DNA from: an uncultured Clostridia bacterium | GTDB taxonomy: Bacteria; Bacillota; Clostridia; Christensenellales; CAG-917 | Length of the DNA: 38,193 nt | Reading direction: 5' to 3' | Assembly: GCA_947589635.1 (NCBI GenBank) | Contig: CANQCC010000003.1 | Coordinates: forward strand, 1-38,193 | In this document: in pieces, positions 17,349 to 29,935 of the stretch | How the letters are laid out: each line of letters opens with the position of its first letter | Position numbering within the stretch: the stretch's first letter is position 1 | Made by a program: the position numbers and the translations under genes | The notes under the pieces: model-generated | Told to the model about the DNA's origin: nothing | Seen by the model: only the letters and a program-made list of their open reading frames with translations | Database searches by the model: none

Positions 17349-20183
17349 TCAGTCCTTTTTGCCGAACATTTTCTTGAAAAGTCCGCGTTTTTGGGGCGCC
17401 TCTTTTTCCTCGACGGACAGCACTTTATAGCCTTCCGCCTCTATTGCCTGTACGATGGGCGAGTAGTCAATGCCGTCCTCAAGCGTGACCTCGGTGGTCC
17501 CGCTCACGTGCGAGGAGTTTACGCTTTTGACATTCGCCGCTCTTCTTACGGCGTCGTTGACGTGCGCTTCGCAGTGGCCGCACATCATGCCGTCCACTCT
17601 CAAAATAAGTTGTTTCATGTTTATGCCTCCGCAAATATTATTTTCGTAATTTTTCTCGTTCTTAGCGGGAGTGTCGCTGCGATTTTCCTCGTCCTCGGCG
17701 GGAGTATCTTCGTCGCCGTCCCGATTGGGCAGAGCGGTTATTTGCTCGCTCTCATTTTGCTTCTCGTAAGCGGCGCAGTTACCCGTCGTATCCTGCGCGT
17801 CGTCCTTGTCCTCGGGCATATCCCGCTTGTCTTCTTCTCCGCTTGCCGAGTCCTGCAACGCGTTTTCGCTTTGGGAGGGAAGGGCGGAGCCGTTTGCGTC
17901 GATGCTCTCTTCGGGGATGGCTTTCTTTGGCTTGAACAGATTTATGGTCAGCGCGTTAAGCACCACCGATACGCTTGAGACGCTCATCGCAAGCGAGCCT
18001 ATCATGGGATTTATCTTCAGCGCGGGGTTAGCGTAGGACAGCGCGCCCGTGGCGAACACCACGCACACCAGATTGTAGAAAAACGCCCAGAACAGTCCGA
18101 GTTTTATCGTGGCGAGGGTGCGCTTTGACAGCGCTATGACGTTAAGCACGTCCATAAGGTCGTTTCTCAGCAGCACGATATCCGCGCTTTCCACTGCGAC
18201 GTCGCTTCCGCCGCCTATCGCTATGCCAAGGTCCGCCGCCGCAAGCGCGGGCGCGTCGTTGACTCCGTCGCCGACCATAGCGACAAGATGCTTGCCGTCC
18301 TTTTTCAAGCCGTTTATGACGTCTTGTTTTTCTTCGGGGCGGACGTCGGATATGACCTCGCTTATTCCCACTTCGCGCGCGATCGCCTGAGAGGTGGCTC
18401 TGTTGTCTCCGGTAAGCATTATCACTTTGACGCCTCGCTTTTCAAGTTCCCGCACGGCAAGAGCGGACGTGGGTTTGACCTTGTCCTTTATCGAAAGCAG
18501 AGCGGCAAGTTTGCTGTCTTTAAGCACGGCGAGAGGGGTCTTGCCCTCGTTTGCCCACGCGGTTGCAGCGCTCAGCTCCCGTTCGTTTATGCCCTCTTCC
18601 AGGGCGGCGGCGAGGTTGCCTATAAAGTAGGCGTGCCCGTCCACGTTTCCGCTTAGCCCTTTGCCCGCAAGCGCCTGATAATCGCGCGCGTCTTTTAAGT
18701 TCGCGCCGCGTGCGCGCGCGTATTGCACTATGGCAAGCGCAAGCGGATGTTCGGACATACTCTCTATCGAGTACAGCGCGCCGAGGGCGTCCTCGTCGAA
18801 TGCCAAATAGTCCACGACGGAGGGTTTGCCCACGGTGAGCGTGCCCGTCTTGTCAAGCACTACTGTAGTGATGAGATGCGCCATTTCGAGGATCTGAGCG
18901 TTTTTTATAAGCAATCCGTTTTCGGCGCCTTTGCCCGTGCCCACCATGATGGCGACCGGGGTCGCAAGTCCAAGCGCGCAAGGGCAGGCGATGACCACTA
19001 CGGTTATCGCGAAGTTGAGGCTTGCCTCGAAGCCCGCGCCGGCTATCATATTGGCTGCGAAAGTTATCGCCGCGATGATAAAGATTATGGGCACAAACAC
19101 GCCGGAAATCTTGTCCGCAAGGCGGGATATGGGCGCTTTGGAATTGCTTGCCTCGTCCACAAGGCGAATTATGTTTGCGATGGACGTGTCCTCGCCGACC
19201 TTGCTTGCGCGCATCGTGAAGTAGCCCGCCGTAACCATGGTCGAGGAAAATACTTCGTCGCCCTCGCCCCTGTATACGGGGACGCTCTCGCCCGTGATGT
19301 TTGATTGATCCAGCGATCCGCCTCCGCTTATCACCTCGCCGTCCACGGGGACAAGTTCGCCCGCGCGCACCGCGAGGATATCTCCTACGCGCACGTCTTC
19401 TGCGGGGACTTCGACCTCTTGCCCGTCGCGCAGCACGTTCGCGCGCTTCGGGGACAGGTCCATAAGGCGGGATATGGCGGCGGTCGTCTTGCGCTTTGAC
19501 AGCCCCTCGAGATATTTGCCGAGGCTGACGAGGGTAAGTATCATCCCCGCCGACTCAAAGTAAAGATTGTCGCAATATGTGTGCAGCGTATGTGTATATT
19601 TTTCTACGTTCACGCCGTTTGCTATGTTGGCTTGCGCGAAGGACAGCATGAACAGAGCGAATACGCCGTACAGCACGCTTGCCGTCGCGCCTATCGCGAT
19701 AAGCGAATCCATGTTCGGTTTGCCCTTGAACAGCTTTTTGAAGCCCGACCCGAAATAGCCGCGATATATGAACAATATCGGCAGCACAAGGACAAGCTGA
19801 ACAAGCGCGAACCCTACGGGATTTTTAACATGATCCAAAAACGCGGGAGCGGGGAAGTGCCACATCATGTTTCCCATGCTGAAATACATCAGGATGAGAA
19901 GCAGCACTACGCACGCAAGCAATTTTGCAAGCGGCGCGTACTTATTTTCCTCGCCTTCGGAAACGACGCTTTTTTCTCCTTCTACGTGCGCCTTATAACC
20001 CGCTTTTTTCACCGCCTTTTCAATTTCGGATACGCTTAAAGAGTCGTCAAAGACGACTTCCATGCTGTTCGCGAGCAAGTTGACGTTGACGCTCTGCACC
20101 CCGCCGAGCGCCTCAACCGCCTTTTGGACGTGAGCCTGACACGCGGCGCACGTCATACCCTCGACGGCGAACTTTTTTTTCAA
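17349..20183 (-). CDS. copA: Cu(I)-translocating P1B-1 ATPase with N- and C-terminal HMA domains
   Basis: GMTCAAC, TGES, CPCALG, DKTGT, SEHPL, GDGVND, YN and MxxSS motifs; C-terminal GMMCGHC after an acidic linker; TTG start overlaps the csoR stop. Confidence 0.95.
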   Translation of the reverse strand: MKKKFAVEGMTCAACQAHVQKAVEALGGVQSVNVNLLANSMEVVFDDSLSVSEIEKAVKKAGYKAHVEGEKSVVSEGEENKYAPLAKLLACVVLLLILMYFSMGNMMWHFPAPAFLDHVKNPVGFALVQLVLVLPILFIYRGYFGSGFKKLFKGKPNMDSLIAIGATASVLYGVFALFMLSFAQANIANGVNVEKYTHTLHTYCDNLYFESAGMILTLVSLGKYLEGLSKRKTTAAISRLMDLSPKRANVLRDGQEVEVPAEDVRVGDILAVRAGELVPVDGEVISGGGSLDQSNITGESVPVYRGEGDEVFSSTMVTAGYFTMRASKVGEDTSIANIIRLVDEASNSKAPISRLADKISGVFVPIIFIIAAITFAANMIAGAGFEASLNFAITVVVIACPCALGLATPVAIMVGTGKGAENGLLIKNAQILEMAHLITTVVLDKTGTLTVGKPSVVDYLAFDEDALGALYSIESMSEHPLALAIVQYARARGANLKDARDYQALAGKGLSGNVDGHAYFIGNLAAALEEGINERELSAATAWANEGKTPLAVLKDSKLAALLSIKDKVKPTSALAVRELEKRGVKVIMLTGDNRATSQAIAREVGISEVISDVRPEEKQDVINGLKKDGKHLVAMVGDGVNDAPALAAADLGIAIGGGSDVAVESADIVLLRNDLMDVLNVIALSKRTLATIKLGLFWAFFYNLVCVVFATGALSYANPALKINPMIGSLAMSVSSVSVVLNALTINLFKPKKAIPEESIDANGSALPSQSENALQDSASGEEDKRDMPEDKDDAQDTTGNCAAYEKQNESEQITALPNRDGDEDTPAEDEENRSDTPAKNEKNYENNICGGINMKQLILRVDGMMCGHCEAHVNDAVRRAANVKSVNSSHVSGTTEVTLEDGIDYSPIVQAIEAEGYKVLSVEEKEAPQKRGLFKKMFGKKD

Positions 20184-20791
20184 TGGCGATACCTCTTGTA
20201 CATGGTCAGAAATTCTTTTACGGCGTTTTCGTCTCCCGCCTTGATGAGGGGAGCGACGTCGTTTTGCAGGTGGTTTTCAAGCACATACTCGCACAGGTCG
20301 TCCACCGCAAGCCTTATGCCGTTTAGCTCGATGAGGATATCCTCGCAATAGGCGTCCTCGTTGACCATGGCGCGTACGTCCTCCACGCTGTCAAGGATCG
20401 CGTCGAGGCCGGCGATCAGATTTGTCTTGTAGTCTGCCGCGCGCTTGTCCGACCCCGCGAGAGAGGCGAGCTCTCCGCCCGTCTTCTTAAGCCTGAGCAA
20501 ACCGAGGATCTCCTTGACGGCGCCCTCGTCGTCCGCCCCTATGCGCGGAGATATGCAGTTTGTGAAATGGCGCTCGAGAAGCACGTCAGACATGCCTTTC
20601 GCCGCGCTGCGGATAGCGCTGAGTTGCACGAGGACATCCTCGCAATACCTGTCTGCGAGCATCATCTTTCTTACGCCGCCCGTTTGTCCCGCTATGCGAT
20701 TGAGGCGGGATGTCAACGTCTTTTTGTAGTCCGCGCTGCGAACCGTCTTTTTTCTGCCGCATTCGGGGCAGGCCGAAGTCGATTTTTTCAT
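20180..20791 (-). CDS. csoR: CsoR/RcnR-family metal-sensing repressor with two tandem CsoR domains
   Basis: Repeat 1 RLNRIAGQ...C50-x24-H75-x3-C79; repeat 2 offset by 99 aa with C149, H174, D178; directly upstream of copA. Confidence 0.88.
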   Translation of the reverse strand: MKKSTSACPECGRKKTVRSADYKKTLTSRLNRIAGQTGGVRKMMLADRYCEDVLVQLSAIRSAAKGMSDVLLERHFTNCISPRIGADDEGAVKEILGLLRLKKTGGELASLAGSDKRAADYKTNLIAGLDAILDSVEDVRAMVNEDAYCEDILIELNGIRLAVDDLCEYVLENHLQNDVAPLIKAGDENAVKEFLTMYKRYRH

Positions 20792-20843
20792 AGTTCCCTC
20801 TTTTTTGCGCCCGCATTCGAGCGCGTTTTATTTGCTATCAGAT

Positions 20844-20872
20844 ATCCTATACCAGTAATGGGTATAAGTCAA
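20844..20872 (-). promoter_or_regulatory. Sigma-A promoter with overlapping CsoR-type operator
   Basis: Minus strand TTGACT-17-TAGGAT; palindrome TATACC-agtaatg-GGTATA (20848-20866) fills the spacer, like the ATACC..GGTAT CsoR operators of Firmicutes. Confidence 0.8.
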
Positions 20873-21023
20873 GACTTTCTCGAAAATTTGTCAAATAATT
20901 TTTTCCTTTAACATATCAATTTATGCGGGACGGAGAAAAAAGTTTAATGATTTTTTAGGATTTTGGCGGTCTATATACGTATATTTATATGTATAACGTA
21001 AAATCGGAAGGTATAAGCGCAAA

Positions 21024-22790
21024 ATGAGTCAGGGTTTCACCCCGGAGTTTTTGGAAGAACTCAAATTCAAATGCGACATTGTCGAGATAATTTCCGGGTA
21101 CGTTCCTCTTCAGAAGAAGGGCGGGCGTTATTTCGGCTGTTGTCCCTTCCACAGCGAGAAGACCGGCTCTTTTTGCGTGAATCAGGCGGACGGGTTTTAT
21201 CACTGCTTTGGCTGCGGCGCAAGCGGCGACGTCATCAAGTTTATCATGGAGATAGAATCCGTCAGCTTTTTCGACGCGGTCAAGTATCTTGCGGCTAAGG
21301 TTGGACTTCCACTTCCCGAGATGAAGCTCGATCCCGACTACGGCAAGAAGAAGGAGCGCCGCGAAGTGCTTAAGGAAGCCATGCGCGAGGCTGCGAAATA
21401 TTATCGTCAAAACCTCCTTGACCCCGAAAAGGGCAAAGACGCAAGGGAATATCTGGCGTCCCGCGGCATCGACGACGAGGTGGCAAAGCGCTACGGCCTT
21501 GGGCTGTCCACGGACTATGACAGTCTTGTGCGCTATCTTCGCTATAAGGGATATAAACTTGCGGACCTTGCCGAGTGCGGGCTCATCGCAAGCGCGGATC
21601 ATCCGTCCGACGCCTTCGCAAACAGAATTATAGTGCCCATAATCAACTCCATGGACGAGGTCGTCGCGTTTGGCGGCCGCATTTATCACGGCGAGACGGA
21701 AGTCGCCAAATACAAAAACTCCACCAACACGCCGCTGTTTGACAAAAGCCGCATACTCTTTGGCGTAAACTACGTCAAGCGCGACCGCAAGGCGGGGGAA
21801 CTCAAGAAAGATTCGCTTATCCTTGTCGAGGGCTATATGGACGTCATCGCGCTTGGCGCTGCGGGCATACTCGGCGCGGTAGCGGGCATGGGCACGGCGC
21901 TTACCGAGGGGCAGGCGCGAGACCTCAAGAGGCTTACCGAGCGCGTGTATGTGTGCTATGACGGCGACGGCGCCGGGAGGAAGGCGGCGGACAAAAATCC
22001 CGACGTGCTTGTAGCGGCGGGAGTGGACGTACGCGTCGTGACTCTTCCCGACGGAAAGGACCCCGACGAGACCGTTCGCAGCGAAGGCGCGGCGGCGTTT
22101 GAAAGATATCTTGACGAGGCGCTTCCCGCGGTTGAATACAAACTTAAACGCATAGAAGACGCAAGCGAGCTTGCCTCTCTCGACGGCAGATCTAAGTACG
22201 CAAAGGCGGCGGCGCAGGTGCTTAGAGGCATATCAGACCCGTCTCAGCGCGCGGTGTACGTAGCGGAAGTCGCAAAAAAGAGCGGCCTTGGCGAGGAAAG
22301 ACTGGAGGCGCTGCTTGCAAGCTCCCGCCCCCGCGACGAGCATGCGCCGACTCCGCAAAAGGCGCCCGTCGACCCAAGGATAGTGCGCGCATCCCGCGTG
22401 GTCACGGCGGCGCTTATAAGAAAGGAGAGCTACGCCCCTAAGGACGGCGTAAAAGAGGAGTGGTTGGCGCTTCCCGAACACGCGCGCATTTTCGAGGCGC
22501 TTTTGACAAACGAAAACTTTTCCGTAGGCAGCGTTTTCAGCTATCTGGAGCCGTGCGAAGAGATCGACAGACTTATCGCGCAACAGCTTCCCGACGACCC
22601 GGCGACGGCGAAGAGGCTTTACGACGATTGCGTGCTGTGCATAGCCGACGGCTATATTGCCGCGCGACTAAGGGAGCTCAACGCCAAATACGGATCGCTT
22701 ACCGACCCCGCCGAGAAGAGAGCGACGGTAGAGGAGATAACAAAATTGCAAAAACAGCTCAAATCACGGTATCTTACCGACAAGCTTTGA
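21024..22790 (+). CDS. dnaG: DNA primase
   Basis: CHC2 zinc finger CPFH..EKT...HCFGC, NRIIVP, FGGR, KYKNS, TOPRIM VEGYMD and [13 protein letters not shown]. Confidence 0.97.
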   Translation: MSQGFTPEFLEELKFKCDIVEIISGYVPLQKKGGRYFGCCPFHSEKTGSFCVNQADGFYHCFGCGASGDVIKFIMEIESVSFFDAVKYLAAKVGLPLPEMKLDPDYGKKKERREVLKEAMREAAKYYRQNLLDPEKGKDAREYLASRGIDDEVAKRYGLGLSTDYDSLVRYLRYKGYKLADLAECGLIASADHPSDAFANRIIVPIINSMDEVVAFGGRIYHGETEVAKYKNSTNTPLFDKSRILFGVNYVKRDRKAGELKKDSLILVEGYMDVIALGAAGILGAVAGMGTALTEGQARDLKRLTERVYVCYDGDGAGRKAADKNPDVLVAAGVDVRVVTLPDGKDPDETVRSEGAAAFERYLDEALPAVEYKLKRIEDASELASLDGRSKYAKAAAQVLRGISDPSQRAVYVAEVAKKSGLGEERLEALLASSRPRDEHAPTPQKAPVDPRIVRASRVVTAALIRKESYAPKDGVKEEWLALPEHARIFEALLTNENFSVGSVFSYLEPCEEIDRLIAQQLPDDPATAKRLYDDCVLCIADGYIAARLRELNAKYGSLTDPAEKRATVEEITKLQKQLKSRYLTDKL

Positions 22791-22801
22791 TAGGAGGAGA
22801 A

Positions 22802-23848
22802 ATGGACAGAGAACAACTTCTTAAACAGGAGATCGACAAGATCGTAGCGGCAAATAAAGAGAGCGGCTCCGTCAGCGAGGACGAGATAATGAAGAGGCTG
22901 GAGCACCTCAATGCCACCGCCGAGGATATGGAAGTGGTGTTTAAGGCGCTCGGCGACGCGGGCATCACTCTTATAGAATCTCAGGAAGACGACGTCACAG
23001 ACATCAATACCATGGTGGACGGCACCGTGGACGACTCCGTCAAGATATACCTCAAGGAGATAGGCAAAGTGCCCCTTCTCACCGCGGAGCAGGAGATAGA
23101 GCTTGCAAAGCGCATGGAACAGGGCGACGAAGAGGCCAAGGCGACGCTCAGCGAGGCGAACCTAAGGCTTGTCGTGTCCATCGCCAAGCGCTACGTCGGA
23201 AGAGGCATGCAATTCCTCGACCTCATTCAGGAGGGCAACATGGGGCTTATGAAGGCGGTCGACAAGTTCGACTATACCAAGGGCTTCAAGTTTTCCACGT
23301 ACGCGACCTGGTGGATAAGGCAGTCCATAACCCGCGCCATAGCGGACCAGGCAAGGACGATACGCATCCCGGTACATATGGTGGAGACCATAAACAAGCA
23401 GGTCCGCGCCACCCGCCACTTGCTGCAACAGCTCGGAAGAGAGCCAAGCCCCGAGGAGATCGCCGAATATCTCAATTGCCCCGTGGAGCGCGTGCGCGAA
23501 ATACAGAAGATAGCGCAGGACCCCGTGTCCCTCGAAACGCCTATCGGCGAGGAGGAGGACAGCCACCTCGGCGACTTCATAGAGGACAACACCGCGCTCT
23601 CCCCAAGCGACGTCGCGGAAAGCAATATGCTTAAGGAACAGCTTATTCAGGTGCTCAACACCCTCACCCCGCGCGAGGAGAAGGTGCTGAGGCTTCGTTA
23701 CGGCCTCGACGACAGCCACCCGCGCACCCTCGAGGAAGTGGGCAAGGAGTTTAACGTCACGAGAGAGCGTATTCGACAGATAGAGGCAAAGGCGCTCCGC
23801 AAACTGCGCCACCCCAACCGCCTCAAGAGGCTGAAGGACTTCGACTGA
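22802..23848 (+). CDS. sigA: RNA polymerase primary sigma factor SigA/RpoD
   Basis: [59 protein letters not shown]; true start ATG 22802 after AGGAGG. Confidence 0.97.
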   Translation: MDREQLLKQEIDKIVAANKESGSVSEDEIMKRLEHLNATAEDMEVVFKALGDAGITLIESQEDDVTDINTMVDGTVDDSVKIYLKEIGKVPLLTAEQEIELAKRMEQGDEEAKATLSEANLRLVVSIAKRYVGRGMQFLDLIQEGNMGLMKAVDKFDYTKGFKFSTYATWWIRQSITRAIADQARTIRIPVHMVETINKQVRATRHLLQQLGREPSPEEIAEYLNCPVERVREIQKIAQDPVSLETPIGEEEDSHLGDFIEDNTALSPSDVAESNMLKEQLIQVLNTLTPREEKVLRLRYGLDDSHPRTLEEVGKEFNVTRERIRQIEAKALRKLRHPNRLKRLKDFD

Positions 23849-24513
23849 TGCCCATACGACTTGACAAACGGCTTTCTTTGATAGCGTCCCTCGCGGAGGG
23901 CGGCAGCGTCGCGGATATAGGCTGCGACCACGGCAAGCTAAGCTACTATCTGATAAGCACGGACAGGGCGACAAAGGCGATCGCAACGGACATAAGCGCC
24001 GCAAGCCTTGAAAAGGCGAGAGAACTTGCGCTTGCAAACGGAGTTGAGGACGCCATGATCTGCCGCCTCGGCGACGGGCTGGACCCGATAGCGAGCGGCG
24101 AAGTGGACGCGGTCATAATTGCGGGGCTCGGAGGCGACCTCATCGCGCGAATGATCCTTGCGGGATACGCGGGCGGCAAGAGGTTTGAAAGCTACATCCT
24201 GTCCCCAAACACCCACCCCGAAAAGGTGAGGCAGGCGCTTACCGACATAGGCCAGCGCATAGATTTTGACGAGGTTACCGAGTGCGGCGGCAAGCTGTAT
24301 ACGGTCATGCGCTCGCGCGCGGGCAGGCAAGATCTTGACGATATCCAGCTGCTGTTCGGCGCGTTCTATATGGACAGCGAGGACTTTCCCGCGCGGGCGG
24401 CGGCGGAGCTGAAATACCTTGAAGAGCTTATCTCTTCGGGCGCGGAAGGAAACGCGCGCGCAAGGGCGGAAATGCTTAAAAAGGCACTTTATAACATCAA
24501 AAACAGGGGATAA
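23848..24513 (+). CDS. trmK: tRNA (adenine(22)-N1)-methyltransferase
   Basis: RLDKRL, ADIGCDHG, RLGDGL, IAGLGG motifs; conserved position after sigA; TGATG overlap. Confidence 0.88.
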   Translation: MPIRLDKRLSLIASLAEGGSVADIGCDHGKLSYYLISTDRATKAIATDISAASLEKARELALANGVEDAMICRLGDGLDPIASGEVDAVIIAGLGGDLIARMILAGYAGGKRFESYILSPNTHPEKVRQALTDIGQRIDFDEVTECGGKLYTVMRSRAGRQDLDDIQLLFGAFYMDSEDFPARAAAELKYLEELISSGAEGNARARAEMLKKALYNIKNRG

Positions 24514-24516
24514 AGT

Positions 24517-25269
24517 ATGAAAATTGGCGATGTGATAGAAGTTTTGGAAAGGTTCGCCCCCACATCCGACGCCGAAGAGTGGGACAGGGTAGGGCTTATG
24601 GCGGGCAGCCGCGAGAGGGAGTGCTCCGCCGTCATGGTCACGCTGGACGTGACTCCCGCCGTCATAGACAAGGCGATAAGGGAGGGCGCAAACCTTATCG
24701 TGTCTCATCACCCGTTCATCTGGGACAGGCTTGCCTCTGTGGACGAGGACTCCCCAAAAGGCGCGATGATAGAAAAACTTATAAAAAACGACGTCGCGGT
24801 ATATTCCGCGCACACCAACCTTGACAAGGCGGAGGGCGGCGTAAACAGCCGTCTTGCCGTTATGCTCGGCGGGAGGAACATAGCTCTTGACGGCATAGGC
24901 GCCACATTTGAGGTGGGAGGGATATCCCTTGAAGACCTTGCGAGGAAAGTGGCGGACGTGCTTGGCGACGACACGGTGCTTTATGTCGGCGACGCGGGCA
25001 GGAAGATATTTAAGGCGTACGTCGTAGGCGGCGCGGGCGGCAGCGAGTACGCGCGCGCAAAGGAAGTCGCGGACGTGCTTATCACGGGCGAGCTTAAGCA
25101 TAACCAATACGTTGAGGCGGGCGCGGACGGCTTTTCGCTGATACAGTTTTCGCACTTCTTCAGCGAAAGGATAACGGAGGATATTTTGCGTGACGCGCTA
25201 AGTCACTGCGATATAAAAATAATCGGGGCGGCACAGGATTGCCCATTCAGGAGGATAGACAGGATATGA
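24517..25269 (+). CDS. Nif3-like dinuclear metal center protein (YqfO/YbgI family)
   Basis: AEEWDRVGL, LIVSHHP, YSAHTNLD, GVN, ITGELKH, HFFSE. Confidence 0.92.
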   Translation: MKIGDVIEVLERFAPTSDAEEWDRVGLMAGSRERECSAVMVTLDVTPAVIDKAIREGANLIVSHHPFIWDRLASVDEDSPKGAMIEKLIKNDVAVYSAHTNLDKAEGGVNSRLAVMLGGRNIALDGIGATFEVGGISLEDLARKVADVLGDDTVLYVGDAGRKIFKAYVVGGAGGSEYARAKEVADVLITGELKHNQYVEAGADGFSLIQFSHFFSERITEDILRDALSHCDIKIIGAAQDCPFRRIDRI

Positions 25270-25979
25270 AATTCGATACCATTCTCGAATATCAAAAGGT
25301 GGATCAGCAGCTTATGGCGCTTGAAAATTCCGCCGTCAAGAGCGCCGAAAGGCAGCGTCTTGTAAGCGTTACGCAAAAGGTCAATGCGGCGCAGGAGGCA
25401 ATAAAAAAGCTGACGCGCGAAGCGAGCGACCTTATGAACGCGTACGCGCAGGCGAAAAACAAACTTGCCTCTCTCGGCGAGGAGTTGGACGGTTTCGACG
25501 GCATCGTGGACGAAGTGCAGGACACCTTCGAGGCGGATCACTATATAAAATTGCTGACGGCGATAAGGGACGAGATTTCCGTGCTTGAAAAGACCGCCGC
25601 GTCCTGCTCGCAGAGGATAGACATGATAAGCGAGACATATCAGAAGACATGGGCGCAGGGCGTACAGCTTGCCGCGGAGCAAAAGGCAGCCAAGGCGGAC
25701 TATGACGCGATGATGGAAAAGATGCGCCCTCAGGTCGAGGAGATAAAGACGAAATTGCAGGCGCTTGCGGCGGACATCCCGGAGGGACTTATGAAGAGCT
25801 ACTCCGCGTTGCGCGCCTCGCGAAAATTGCCCGCGGTGGTGCCCTACGACGTCAAAAACAACATCTGCGGCGGCTGCCGTATGGAGCTTGCCAGCGACAC
25901 GCGCTCTAAACTTAAAAACCCCGGCGACTATGCGGAATGCCCCGATTGCAGGCGCATACTCTATGTGCCCGAGGGCTGA
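25266..25979 (+). CDS. Coiled-coil protein with C-terminal C4 zinc ribbon (DUF164/CT398-like)
   Basis: YQKVD N-terminus, long helical heptads, CGGC...CPDCRRILY; ATGA overlap with the nif3 stop. Confidence 0.85.
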   Translation: MKFDTILEYQKVDQQLMALENSAVKSAERQRLVSVTQKVNAAQEAIKKLTREASDLMNAYAQAKNKLASLGEELDGFDGIVDEVQDTFEADHYIKLLTAIRDEISVLEKTAASCSQRIDMISETYQKTWAQGVQLAAEQKAAKADYDAMMEKMRPQVEEIKTKLQALAADIPEGLMKSYSALRASRKLPAVVPYDVKNNICGGCRMELASDTRSKLKNPGDYAECPDCRRILYVPEG

Positions 25980-25997
25980 TATAAGGGAAAAGGATAA

Positions 25998-29048
<3,051 letters not shown>

Positions 29049-29135
29049 CCGACTTGCGGCCGAACAACAAAATATGCAAGATTTCCGGACAGGCCGCGCA
29101 CGGTTTGTCCGTAAGTTTATTAAGCGGAGGAGCCT

Positions 29136-29747
29136 ATGGCAAAAAGACGTAAGGCGCTTAAAATCGTCGCGATAATGCTTATCGTGATACTCGTCGCGTT
29201 TCTGGTCGCCTTTTTCACGCCGTTTTTCATAATGATAGCGGGGCGGGATGGCGACGTCCACGGCGATCCGCGCGTGATGATAGTCCTTGGCGGCATGCAC
29301 AACGGATACGAGATGTCCGCTTGCCTCGAGAGCAGGATGGAGGCCGCCCTCAAGTACATCCGGGAGCACGAGGGGATAACCGTCATAGTCTCCGGAGGCT
29401 TTGTGGACGACAAGCAGATGAGCGAGGCGGAGTGCATGGCGCACTACCTCGTCGAGCGCGGCGTGAGCGAAAGCGCCATCCTAAAAGAGGATCGCGCGAC
29501 CACCACTGTGGAAAATATCCGCTTTTCGCTTGAGATGATAGACGAAAAGGGACTTGACGTTTCGGGCGGCGTGATAGTCGTTACAAACGATTTTCATTTT
29601 GCCCGCACGCGCATGCTGTTTGCCCGCGCCGACGACGACATTGACTTGAGCACGCTGGCGGCGCCTACTCCGGCAAGCGAGAAAGCCGCCATATACTTGC
29701 GCGAACCCTTCGCCATGATATTCGACTTTTTGTCGGCGAAATTTTAA
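29136..29747 (+). CDS. YdcF/SanA/ElyC (DUF218) family membrane-anchored protein
   Basis: N-terminal TM helix; IVLGG, VSGG, SEA..M, EDRATTTVEN, VVTNDFH..R, LRE motifs. Confidence 0.88.
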   Translation: MAKRRKALKIVAIMLIVILVAFLVAFFTPFFIMIAGRDGDVHGDPRVMIVLGGMHNGYEMSACLESRMEAALKYIREHEGITVIVSGGFVDDKQMSEAECMAHYLVERGVSESAILKEDRATTTVENIRFSLEMIDEKGLDVSGGVIVVTNDFHFARTRMLFARADDDIDLSTLAAPTPASEKAAIYLREPFAMIFDFLSAKF

Positions 29748-29935
29748 GCGAAGCGTCGCGCGGATAATATCAAAATTTTGCCGACCGCATGCCGTATAAT
29801 GCGTGCGGCACAGATATAAAAGTTTGGGGGAAAGCCCGCGACTTCTTAAAAGAGGAGGATTTGGGCAAACCGGCAAAATATTATAGATTTCCTCTTTAGA
29901 TCAAAGACTTTGACGAGGGACAGACGGGGAAAGAA

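Noticed and set aside
22460-22801. N-terminal extensions in the ORF track for sigA, pdxK (12628), dut (14993), permease (11498), zinc ribbon (25239) and DUF362 (32353)
   Set aside because: They overlap neighbouring genes or promoters; better starts with SD, translational coupling or leaderless promoters lie downstream.
29086-29111. Hairpin between lacZ and the DUF218 gene
   Set aside because: Lacks a clear U-tract; cannot be called a terminator or ncRNA.
29860-29900. GGGCAAACC resembling the start of a c-di-GMP-I riboswitch
   Set aside because: The downstream GNRA stem and GACGCAAAGC elements are absent.
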